Assembly (NCBI GenBank): GCA_964604645.1
Contig: CAZRZP010000002.1
Span: 13,739 to 77,738 of the forward strand
Length of the DNA: 64,000 bases
Origin: an uncultured Methanosarcinales archaeon
GTDB lineage: Archaea; Nanobdellota; Nanobdellia; Woesearchaeales; GW2011-AR9
Direction: 5' to 3'
A program made the position numbers and the translations under genes. The notes beneath the pieces are model-generated. The model was given only the letters and a program-made list of their open reading frames with translations. It searched no databases and had not been told where the DNA came from. Numbering within the stretch: the stretch's first letter is position 1; every line of letters starts with the position of its first letter. Shown here in pieces: positions 19,675-27,526 of this stretch.

Positions 19675-20688
19675 ATGTTTAAGATTCCTTTAGATACAAT
19701 AAAAGAAAAAATAGTTGCTTCTGGCAAGATGAATGCTGAAGATTTAGATAATAAAATTAAAGCTAAAATTAATGAACTTTCTGGTTTGATAACTGAAGAA
19801 GGTGCAGCCCACATTATAGCGAACGAGTTGAATGTAGCTTTAATGACTCAAGCGGATAAATTAAAGATTAAAGAAATTTATACTGGGATGCGTGACATTT
19901 CTACAACAGCTCAAGTTGTTAGAATATTTGATGTAAGAGAATTTGCTAAAGGTGATAAAACTGGTAAAGTATGTTCTCTTATTGTGGGAGATGAAACAGC
20001 TACGATGCGTTTAGTGTTATGGAATGACCAAGTTGATCAAGTTAAGGATATTAAAGAAGGTGATGTGCTTGCTATTAACAATGCGTATGCGAGAGAAAAT
20101 AATTCTAAACCGGAGATCCATTTAGGTAATGGTTATTTAGACATAAATCCAGAGGGAGTTAAGATAGTTGCGGTAAGACAGAGTTCTACTTTTGAAAGGA
20201 GAGAAATTGGCAGTTTAAGAGATGATATGGAACAAGCTGAGATTGTAGGTACAGTCGTGCAGGTATTTGATCCCAGATTTTTTACTTTATGTCCAGAATG
20301 TAATAAAAGATCAAGAGAATCAGGTGAAGGTTTTACTTGCGTTACCCATGGTATTGTACAACCAGTAACTAGTTATGTAATGAATGCTATAATTGATGAT
20401 GGTTCAGGAAATATTCGAACTGTCTTCTGGAAAAATCAAACAAATCATTTTCTGAATAAAACTGAAGAGGAAGTAGTTTTATTTAAAGATAATCTAAGTG
20501 ATTTTGAAGGGATTAAGACAGATTTATTGGGTGAACAGTTTAAACTTATGGGAAGAGTAAAGAAAAATGAAATGTTTGCTCGTTTAGAATTTAATGTTCA
20601 ATTGGTGGAGAAAGCTTCTGCAGAAGAGGAATTAAATCGATTGGAGAAAACTGATTCTGAAAAAGCTGAATTAGAGAAAACAGTATGA
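19675..20688 (+). CDS. rpa: Replication protein A (RPA/SSB), archaeal single-OB + zinc-ribbon type
   Basis: N-terminal helical region typical of euryarchaeal RPA; OB-fold segment; C4 zinc ribbon CPECN...CVTHG. Confidence 0.7.
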   Translation: MFKIPLDTIKEKIVASGKMNAEDLDNKIKAKINELSGLITEEGAAHIIANELNVALMTQADKLKIKEIYTGMRDISTTAQVVRIFDVREFAKGDKTGKVCSLIVGDETATMRLVLWNDQVDQVKDIKEGDVLAINNAYARENNSKPEIHLGNGYLDINPEGVKIVAVRQSSTFERREIGSLRDDMEQAEIVGTVVQVFDPRFFTLCPECNKRSRESGEGFTCVTHGIVQPVTSYVMNAIIDDGSGNIRTVFWKNQTNHFLNKTEEEVVLFKDNLSDFEGIKTDLLGEQFKLMGRVKKNEMFARLEFNVQLVEKASAEEELNRLEKTDSEKAELEKTV

Positions 20689-21086
20689 ACATTAATACAA
20701 TAATTCTTTTCATTATATTTGTATTTTTAATTTATTTGGCTTATAGGTTGGGTTCTTTAAAAAAAGAGCTTCAATGGAGAAAAAAAGCTAACAAGATGCG
20801 ACAGGAGATTGCAAATAAGCAGCGTTCTTCTCTTAAAGGTGCTGTTGCAGAAACTTTTGCTCCCTATTTACCTGACTTTAAATTTAAACCAAGTGAATGT
20901 AAATTTCTTGGAGATCCAATTGATTTTATTGTTTTTGAAGGTTTGAATGATAGGGATGTTAAGAAAATACATTTTATAGATGTCAAAGCTGATAATTCTA
21001 AACTAAATAAAGTTCAGAAGCAGATAGAAGAAGTTGTAAATAACAAAAATTTTGGTTTTGAAGTTGTTAACATAAAAACTAAATGA
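20685..21086 (+). CDS. Membrane-anchored Hjc-like (PD-(D/E)xK) nuclease, COG4741-like
   Basis: N-terminal TM helix; E...D(PIDFIVF)...IDVK motif spacing like archaeal Holliday junction resolvase. Confidence 0.45.
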   Translation: MNINTIILFIIFVFLIYLAYRLGSLKKELQWRKKANKMRQEIANKQRSSLKGAVAETFAPYLPDFKFKPSECKFLGDPIDFIVFEGLNDRDVKKIHFIDVKADNSKLNKVQKQIEEVVNNKNFGFEVVNIKTK

Positions 21087-21245
21087 GTTGCAGGAGAACC
21101 ACCTCCCACTGTCCTTTCCTTTTTATTTTAACTTAAATTCTTTATCCACAACCCACTGGACAACCACGGGTGAACTATTTAAACAACCCATTCTTCTAGA
21201 TTATCAGCAGCCAATGGTTGCTATCCTCACTGGTTTGAAAAAACA

Positions 21246-21265
21246 GATGCATGGTATCATGCATC
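21246..21265. other. Perfect 8-bp stem / 4-nt loop hairpin inside a GC-rich non-coding island (21087-21300); candidate structured ncRNA
   Basis: gatgcatg-gtat-catgcatc; flanked by C-rich tracts (ccacctcccactgtcc, ccacaacccactggacaaccacggg) atypical for this AT-rich genome. Confidence 0.3.
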
Positions 21266-21301
21266 TTCAACCAGTTGAAATAAAAACCGATAAGGAATGA
21301 G

Positions 21302-21649
21302 GTGACATATATGGAAAAAACAAATGTAGCGAGAGCTGTGAAAATGGCTCGGACAAATGTAGTAAATAGAGAAGTAGTGAATAGAGAAGTTATTAGTAGC
21401 AATCTACCTGAAAAGAAATTCAGAGCAGGTGCAATTTCAGCAACAGTATGGCTGAATCAAGGAACAAATAAAGAAGGTGAAGCCACGGAGTATAGAACAA
21501 TTTCTATTGAACGTAACTATACTGATAAAGAAGGGAAGTGGCACACTACTAATTCAATGCGTATCGGCGATTTACCTAAGTTAAACGTTGTTACTCAGAA
21601 AGCATATGAATATTTAATATTTGCAGGACAAGACTCTCTTGCTGCATAG
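21302..21649 (+). CDS. Small nucleic-acid-binding protein (possibly PC4/YdbC-like ssDNA-binding fold)
   Basis: 115 aa; beta-rich C-terminal half FRAGAISATVWLNQ...YRTISIERNY; contains a 15-nt tandem duplication (VVNREVVNRE); family assignment is tentative. Confidence 0.3.
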   Translation: MTYMEKTNVARAVKMARTNVVNREVVNREVISSNLPEKKFRAGAISATVWLNQGTNKEGEATEYRTISIERNYTDKEGKWHTTNSMRIGDLPKLNVVTQKAYEYLIFAGQDSLAA

Positions 21650-21661
21650 GAGGTTTTAAAA

Positions 21662-22645
21662 ATGACAGAAATTGAAACAGAAATAGAACAAGTTGTGGAG
21701 GTTAAAGTGAGAAAACCATCAATTCAAGATTTACCTGGGGTGGGTGCAGCAACGGCTGAACGTCTAGATCAGGCTGGTTATCATGATTTACTTTCGGTTG
21801 CGGTAGCTACTATTGGCGAATTAGCTGAAACTGCTGGAGTTTCAGAATCAGTTGGAAGGAAAATTATCAATGCTGCTCGTGACAGTATGAAAATGGGTTT
21901 TGAAACTGGCTCTGACATTCTTCAAAAAAGGAAATTAGTCTCTAAATTATCTACTGGCGCTGCAAGTTTTGATGCAATGATGGGCGGCGGATTTGAAACT
22001 GGTGCAATAACTGAATGCTTTGGAGAATTTGGTTCAGGGAAAACACAGGTTGGACATATTTTAGCAGTAAACACGTTAGGACTAGATCCTGATAATCGCG
22101 TTGTGTATATTGATACAGAAAACACGTTCCGTCCAGAAAGAATTATTCAACTTGCCGAAGGGGTTGGTTTAAATCCAGAAGATATCTTAAGCAGGATTAT
22201 GGTGGCACGGGCTTTCAATTCTGATCATCAGATGCTATTGACTGAAAAGGTTGATAGTTTAGTTACACAGGAAGGAAAGAATGTTCGGTTGGTTGTAGTA
22301 GATTCCTTAACTTCTCATTTTAGAGCGGAATTTATTGGAAGAGGAACGTTAGCAGAAAGGCAACAGAAATTAAATCGTCATATGCATGCTTTAGCAAGGT
22401 TAGCTAGTTCTCACAATTTGTGTGTTTATGTAACTAACCAAGTTATGGCTAGACCAGACCAATTCTTCGGAGATCCAACTGCTAGTATTGGTGGACATAT
22501 TGTAGCGCATGCATCAACTTTTAGAATTTATCTAAGGAAAGGAAAGAAAGGTTCAAGAGTAGCCAAACTTATTGATGCACCCAACTTACCTGATGCGGAA
22601 TGTTGTTTCCATGTTGAAGTTGGTGGATTGAAGGACTTGAGTTAA
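21662..22645 (+). CDS. radA: DNA repair and recombination protein RadA
   Basis: N-terminal HhH domain (LPGVGAATAERL); Walker A GEFGSGKTQ; full RecA/Rad51 core; 327 aa. Confidence 0.9.
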   Translation: MTEIETEIEQVVEVKVRKPSIQDLPGVGAATAERLDQAGYHDLLSVAVATIGELAETAGVSESVGRKIINAARDSMKMGFETGSDILQKRKLVSKLSTGAASFDAMMGGGFETGAITECFGEFGSGKTQVGHILAVNTLGLDPDNRVVYIDTENTFRPERIIQLAEGVGLNPEDILSRIMVARAFNSDHQMLLTEKVDSLVTQEGKNVRLVVVDSLTSHFRAEFIGRGTLAERQQKLNRHMHALARLASSHNLCVYVTNQVMARPDQFFGDPTASIGGHIVAHASTFRIYLRKGKKGSRVAKLIDAPNLPDAECCFHVEVGGLKDLS

Positions 22646-22649
22646 TCTC

Positions 22650-22700
22650 TCTGATTTTTATTTTATTTTTTCTTTTACTATTTTTTCAATTATATTAAAT
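22650..22700. terminator. T-rich tract between convergent radA and thyA (archaeal oligo-T terminator region)
   Basis: tctctctgatttttattttattttttcttttactattttttc. Confidence 0.35.
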
Positions 22701-22732
22701 CCATGTTTATTTTACTATCAGAATAATTGTCA

Positions 22733-23824
22733 TCAAACAGCCATTGATCTTCTTATTGGTTTGTCGTACTGATAATCTTTAATAACAAAATCATCAATAG
22801 TCAATTCATCAAAAGGTTTCTTACTTATTTCAACCGTTGGTAGTTTTTTTGGTTCTCTAGATAATTGTTGCAGAATTGCAGTAACGTGATCATATTTTTT
22901 TTCATTAGAACTTTCTGGTAAATTTTTATTAATCCACTCTAAAACTGCTAAATATTCAGTTCTATCTGAAACACCTCTTATCTTTTTTTGTAGCTGATTA
23001 AAGTTTTGTTGATACCATTCTCCTCTTTGATTTAAACCTGAATAAAAATGTGCATCTCCAAAAGAATGGATAAAAGTTTTAGGGTTCATTCCAACTTCTT
23101 GCGCAATAATTTGTGTAAGCAAAGCATAACTTGCTATATTATATGGGACTCCCAAAAACTCATCACAACTTCTTTGATATAGTTGCATTTCAAGATTTCC
23201 ATCACCATCTGAAGTTGCTTGAAACATAACATGGCAAGGAGGTAATGACATCTTTGGAACATCTCCAGGTTGCCACGCACTAACAATGTGCTTTTTACCC
23301 ATTGGTTTCTTTTTAAGTCCTTCAATCATATTTTTAAGTTGATCAATCTCAACAATTTTTCCTTTTTCTTTATCGTAATACTCCCAATTTCTCCATTGCT
23401 TTCCATAAATTGGCCCAGCATCCCCAAACCTTTCTGCAAATTCTGGTTCTTCTTTTATTCTTTGGCCATATTCACTTAGGGCCTCTTCCCAATTTTCAGA
23501 ATATTTTTTCATTCCTTCTGAAAAAATTCTTTCTTTTACTAAACTGGGTAGATTATGTTGAAAAGCATCCCTTCTCCAGATTTTAACTTTGTTATCTTCA
23601 AGGTATTTGATGTTTGTCTCTCCTCTCATAAACCAGATTAATTCATGAATCAATCCTTTATGAAACATTTTTTTTGTTGTTAACAAAGGGAAACCTTCCC
23701 TTAAATTGTAACTGTTTTGAGAACCAAACAAAGAAACTAATCCCGAGCCCTTACTTCCCATTTTAAAATTTGAACGAGGGGATGTTAATATTTCACGTGA
23801 ATGATCTAAATATTGCTTTACCAT
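22733..23824 (-). CDS. thyA: Thymidylate synthase ThyA (with two insertions relative to canonical ThyA)
   Basis: Collinear with E. coli ThyA: GFPLLTTKK, IHELIWF, PIYGKQWR, catalytic LPPCH, QLYQRSCD, NIASYALL, GDAHFY; about 50-aa and 45-aa insertions. Confidence 0.9.
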   Translation of the reverse strand: MVKQYLDHSREILTSPRSNFKMGSKGSGLVSLFGSQNSYNLREGFPLLTTKKMFHKGLIHELIWFMRGETNIKYLEDNKVKIWRRDAFQHNLPSLVKERIFSEGMKKYSENWEEALSEYGQRIKEEPEFAERFGDAGPIYGKQWRNWEYYDKEKGKIVEIDQLKNMIEGLKKKPMGKKHIVSAWQPGDVPKMSLPPCHVMFQATSDGDGNLEMQLYQRSCDEFLGVPYNIASYALLTQIIAQEVGMNPKTFIHSFGDAHFYSGLNQRGEWYQQNFNQLQKKIRGVSDRTEYLAVLEWINKNLPESSNEKKYDHVTAILQQLSREPKKLPTVEISKKPFDELTIDDFVIKDYQYDKPIRRSMAV

Positions 23825-23890
23825 CCTCTAAATATGGAATCTCATTTTTTATAAAGAAGATTATTCTCAAAAATATAACTTGCTCTTCTA

Positions 23891-24343
23891 TTAGCTTCTT
23901 CTTTTAATAACGGCAAAAAAACCAGCTGATTGTTCCATGTCCTGTACGAGTTCATAGAGATTTTTTGTAATTCTAGCGTTATACTCGTCTTTATTACTCG
24001 GATCAATCATTTCAACAAGGGGATATCTAAATCTCTCTAATAAATAGACATGCGTATCTACGCCTATTATTCCGTTATTGGCATCCATCTCTTCCAAAAC
24101 TGCATCACGTTCATTGAAAGGTGTTTGATCCTGCCAATAAAAATTATATTCAAGATTATTTGAGTTCAAAAAATTCGTCATTCTGTCATCATTAACTAGA
24201 AAACCATTTTTTGCAGAAGTTAATTTGCTAGCAATCTGTTCTTGTGATAAATGAATATCATACTTTTCAAGAATGGATTGTAATGCGGAACAAACACAGT
24301 AATCTGATTTTTCCTGTGGCGTCAAATTATTTTTTGCGACCAT
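23891..24343 (-). CDS. Hypothetical protein with N-terminal Cys and downstream His/Asp (possible papain-like fold), co-operonic with thyA
   Basis: DYCVCSALQ ... GVDTHVYLL ... D; 7-nt gap to the upstream gene. Confidence 0.35.
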   Translation of the reverse strand: MVAKNNLTPQEKSDYCVCSALQSILEKYDIHLSQEQIASKLTSAKNGFLVNDDRMTNFLNSNNLEYNFYWQDQTPFNERDAVLEEMDANNGIIGVDTHVYLLERFRYPLVEMIDPSNKDEYNARITKNLYELVQDMEQSAGFFAVIKRRS

Positions 24344-24350
24344 TTAAAAC

Positions 24351-25598
24351 TTACAAATCGTTATTGAATATTTTTGGTAACCTAATACTTTGCTGTTCCT
24401 GTTTGTTATAATTCTTTCCTTGATAAAGAAAGTCAGAAGGTCTTCGTAGCCTATAAACTTGAAAACTAGTGATATTGGTTCTTGGTGTCCACATTGTTCC
24501 GGATCTTTCGTCAATAGTAATTTCACATAACATATGTGATCCATGATCTGAATCTAATCCTCCAAAACCATCTCCTGCATTGATTAATCCTGCTTCATGT
24601 GTTGAAACTTTTCCCTGATTTGCTGGAAGTTGAATCATTCTCATTAAAAGATAGGGTGGAACGCTTACTGCAGGTGTTGTAAGGACAAGTAAACTTTCTT
24701 GAAATCTTCCATAAAGATTTCCATCATTTCCACAATGCACCCGTTGATAATATTCTTTAGCAGAATGTGTTCCAGGACCTTTTCCAATTTCAATAGGTTT
24801 TTTGCTGTAATGTTCCACCATTCTTAATGCAACATGATCTCCACCATCTTTTGGACTAAGTTCTGGTTTGACAAATACTTGGTTATGGCGAATCACTAAT
24901 TCAGGAACTGGAACATTATTTTCCCAAAATAATGGCCATTCTGATTTATGTATATCTTGAATGACTTTACCTTCAATAGGTTTAATGTCGGTTCCAGTAA
25001 TTAATTGTGCAAGAGAATCTCCTGGAGATATAACACAGGGGTTAACAAGAGGTGTAACAAGTAAATATATATCTCCTTTATAATTCTGAGGGATGATGTT
25101 ATACTCATCAGAATAATCAGTAATTCCTCTTATGTCAAGAAACATTCTACCTGAACTGCTTTTAGGTTCAATTACGCCTTGCAGAGAATCTGGTTTTGGA
25201 TATGATAGAAGATGATCTAACATCTCTGAATTTTTTGAATACTTTTTAAAGTCGATAGTTCCTTCAATTTTTATCGCATAAGTATGATTGCGTTGCAAGA
25301 TGGCTCCATTATTTCCAGAGATCTTTCTTGCCATTTGTTTTTGAAGCATCTTTTTAACACTATAATTTGCTCCTGGTTTTCTCATTACTCCGATTTCCCA
25401 AATTTCATTAGAATTGCGTAGATTAAGTGTGCATGATTCAACATCTTCTTCTTCAAAACTTTCTCCAACAGGTAGAATGCCTTCTTTAATAAGAAACTGC
25501 AGTTCTTGATGGGGACACACACCATAAGGAGTAATTAATGGAAAGCTTTCTATTTGTTTTAATAATGATTTTACCCTTTCTTCCAATTTAATTTTCAT
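24351..25598 (-). CDS. Hypothetical protein, possibly dUTPase/dCTP-deaminase-fold (DCD-like) nucleotide enzyme
   Basis: C-terminal region AGLINAGDGFGG resembles the dUTPase-superfamily Gly-rich motif; operon with thyA; the assignment is speculative. Confidence 0.3.
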   Translation of the reverse strand: MKIKLEERVKSLLKQIESFPLITPYGVCPHQELQFLIKEGILPVGESFEEEDVESCTLNLRNSNEIWEIGVMRKPGANYSVKKMLQKQMARKISGNNGAILQRNHTYAIKIEGTIDFKKYSKNSEMLDHLLSYPKPDSLQGVIEPKSSSGRMFLDIRGITDYSDEYNIIPQNYKGDIYLLVTPLVNPCVISPGDSLAQLITGTDIKPIEGKVIQDIHKSEWPLFWENNVPVPELVIRHNQVFVKPELSPKDGGDHVALRMVEHYSKKPIEIGKGPGTHSAKEYYQRVHCGNDGNLYGRFQESLLVLTTPAVSVPPYLLMRMIQLPANQGKVSTHEAGLINAGDGFGGLDSDHGSHMLCEITIDERSGTMWTPRTNITSFQVYRLRRPSDFLYQGKNYNKQEQQSIRLPKIFNNDL

Positions 25599-25770
25599 AA
25601 AAATATCAAAAAATTAAGCTATTTATGACTTTAAAAGCATTTCCATACAGAAACATTTAAATAAAAAAACAACACTTACAGCTGTAATTAATGACTCAAA
25701 CAAATGCGTACTGATTCTAATTCTTTAAAACTAGGTAGCTTTCGCTGTGTTTGTAGTCCGGAGGAAAATT

Positions 25771-26091
25771 ATGGATGATGTACCAGTACAGGTGGGAGAA
25801 ACCCATGAAGTAGAAATTAGATCAATTGGAGACAAAGGTGACGGAATAGCTAAAGTAAAAGGTTTTGTTTTATTTGTGTCTGATGTAAAAAAAGGTGATT
25901 ATGTTAAAGTTAGGATTACTAAAGTTTTACCAAAAGTTGGTTTTGCACAAGTTGTTGAAAAACTAGAAAAACCAGTCAGAAAATCAAAATTTGCAACAGT
26001 ATCAGAAGAGGAGATGAATCAACCAGAAGAGTTATCTAGTGATTTCGAAGAAACAGATGACTTTGGGGCGGATTTGGACGAAGAAGATTAA
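25771..26091 (+). CDS. TRAM domain protein with acidic C-terminal tail
   Basis: GGAGG RBS then ATG at 25771; GDKGDGIAKVKGFVLFVSDVKKGDYVKVRI is a TRAM-like beta barrel; Asp/Glu tail. Confidence 0.55.
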   Translation: MDDVPVQVGETHEVEIRSIGDKGDGIAKVKGFVLFVSDVKKGDYVKVRITKVLPKVGFAQVVEKLEKPVRKSKFATVSEEEMNQPEELSSDFEETDDFGADLDEED

Positions 26092-26111
26092 TTATTATTA
26101 TTATTATTATT
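26091..26111. repeat. (ATT)7 microsatellite immediately after the TRAM gene stop
   Basis: attattattattattattatt. Confidence 0.8.
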
Positions 26112-26253
26112 TTGAGATTATTTAGAAACCTCTTCTCATAAGTTATCTAGATCTCAGAATTATTAAAATAGGCTTAAATCTGCTTAATTTTATGAAAGAT
26201 TTATATAATTTGGACATTTCATTACTTATTAATAGGAACTAATCAAATATACT

Positions 26254-27483
26254 ATGAAAAAATATATTCCGCCATTAGCCCTTTTGATGGGATTGTATGC
26301 AGCTGATGCAGAAGCTAAAACTTATAGAGTTAAGAGCAATAAGACCACATTAGAAAGTGTAGCACGAGTTAATAATTTGTCAATAGAATCTGTTCTTGCA
26401 TGTAATCCTAATATGTCTAAACGTCCTGGTCATATTGTTAAGAAAGGAGAGAAAGTGTTAATTGCAAAAAGCCACATTGTAAAAAAGGGGGAAACTTATA
26501 GTGGCATTTCTCATTTATATGATTTACCGATGCGGCAGTTAGATTCTTACAATCAAACAAGGAAAATATATCCTGGGAAAAAAGTATCGGTACCTTGCAA
26601 AGAAAAATGCCGTACTGAACGTTATGATAGCGGTTTAGAATTATGCATTGTCCCCCAAAATGGTGATAAAGGAAGAAAACTAATGGGAAATGATAGATGC
26701 CAAGATTATTTTGATCAGGGCAAATTGGAAGAAGCTAAAATACAGTGTCAATTTTATAATCCCCAAGAAGGAAATTTAGTGGAAATAACTAAGAAAGACC
26801 TTGAAAAACCAATTACAAAAGAAGGCAATATTAAATTATATGAATTAGTTAGATGTAATTTTCCTTGGTTAATTCCTAGGAAACATCGCATTGCAAAAGA
26901 TGGTGAATGGTTCTTCCGTTATATGTATTTTGACAAAGAACTTGGAAGGAAAATGGAGGCATTGCGTAAGAGAACAGGAAAACCAATAAGAACTGCAAGA
27001 GATGCAGTTAAATGGGAAAATCAAATTTATCCATGTACTCCTTTTATTTTAGATTCATTAGCTAGGTTAGGTCGCCGTGTTCAAGATCAGGAAAAAAAGA
27101 AAGAATTGTTTAAATTAATGTCACATTGTAGAAAGCATGGTTTTCGTCCATTTGTTTACAATTGGCGAATGAATGAAGAGGTTGATTTTAAACCTAGAAG
27201 TGGGAGTGATCATGTTTTTGGAAAAGCAGTAGATATTACAACTCCTTATTACATTATACGCAATTCTGTAGAAAGAACTTTTGGCAAAAATGGGGTAGGT
27301 AAAGGTCAAACTACCACTCACTTAAGTACTGTTAAATCTCACACACATAATCGAAAAAGACGATGGGCTTATGGAAAATGGAGAAGGCCAATGGAATTAG
27401 ATGTGTCGCCTCAAAGATTGGGTTCGGTTTTGTCAAGAACAAGAGAGGCAATCAAAGAGTGGAGTGAATGGGCTAGAAATTAA
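26254..27483 (+). CDS. Secreted LysM-LysM-LAS (M15/D-Ala-D-Ala carboxypeptidase-like) zinc peptidase; predicted peptidoglycan hydrolase
   Basis: Signal peptide MKKYIPPLALLMGLYAADA; two LysM-like segments; zinc motif S-D-H-x6-D (DHVFGKAVD) plus H-x-H (HTH), characteristic of LAS enzymes. Confidence 0.55.
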   Translation: MKKYIPPLALLMGLYAADAEAKTYRVKSNKTTLESVARVNNLSIESVLACNPNMSKRPGHIVKKGEKVLIAKSHIVKKGETYSGISHLYDLPMRQLDSYNQTRKIYPGKKVSVPCKEKCRTERYDSGLELCIVPQNGDKGRKLMGNDRCQDYFDQGKLEEAKIQCQFYNPQEGNLVEITKKDLEKPITKEGNIKLYELVRCNFPWLIPRKHRIAKDGEWFFRYMYFDKELGRKMEALRKRTGKPIRTARDAVKWENQIYPCTPFILDSLARLGRRVQDQEKKKELFKLMSHCRKHGFRPFVYNWRMNEEVDFKPRSGSDHVFGKAVDITTPYYIIRNSVERTFGKNGVGKGQTTTHLSTVKSHTHNRKRRWAYGKWRRPMELDVSPQRLGSVLSRTREAIKEWSEWARN

Positions 27484-27526
27484 TTACTTTATTTGATAAG
27501 CCACATAAAAATCATTTATTATTCTT

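Noticed and set aside
21087-21300. RNase P RNA or SRP RNA in the GC-rich island
   Set aside because: Looked for CR-I (AGGAAAGUCCGGGCUC) and SRP helix-8 (GNAR loop with AGGA/GCAGC) motifs; only weak partial resemblance (reverse strand ggaaaggacag), insufficient to call.
21088-21402. ORFs 21088-21300 (+) and 21196-21402 (-)
   Set aside because: They lie in the GC-rich non-coding island and overlap each other and the start of the PC4-like gene; translations are low complexity; the region is better explained as a structured non-coding element.
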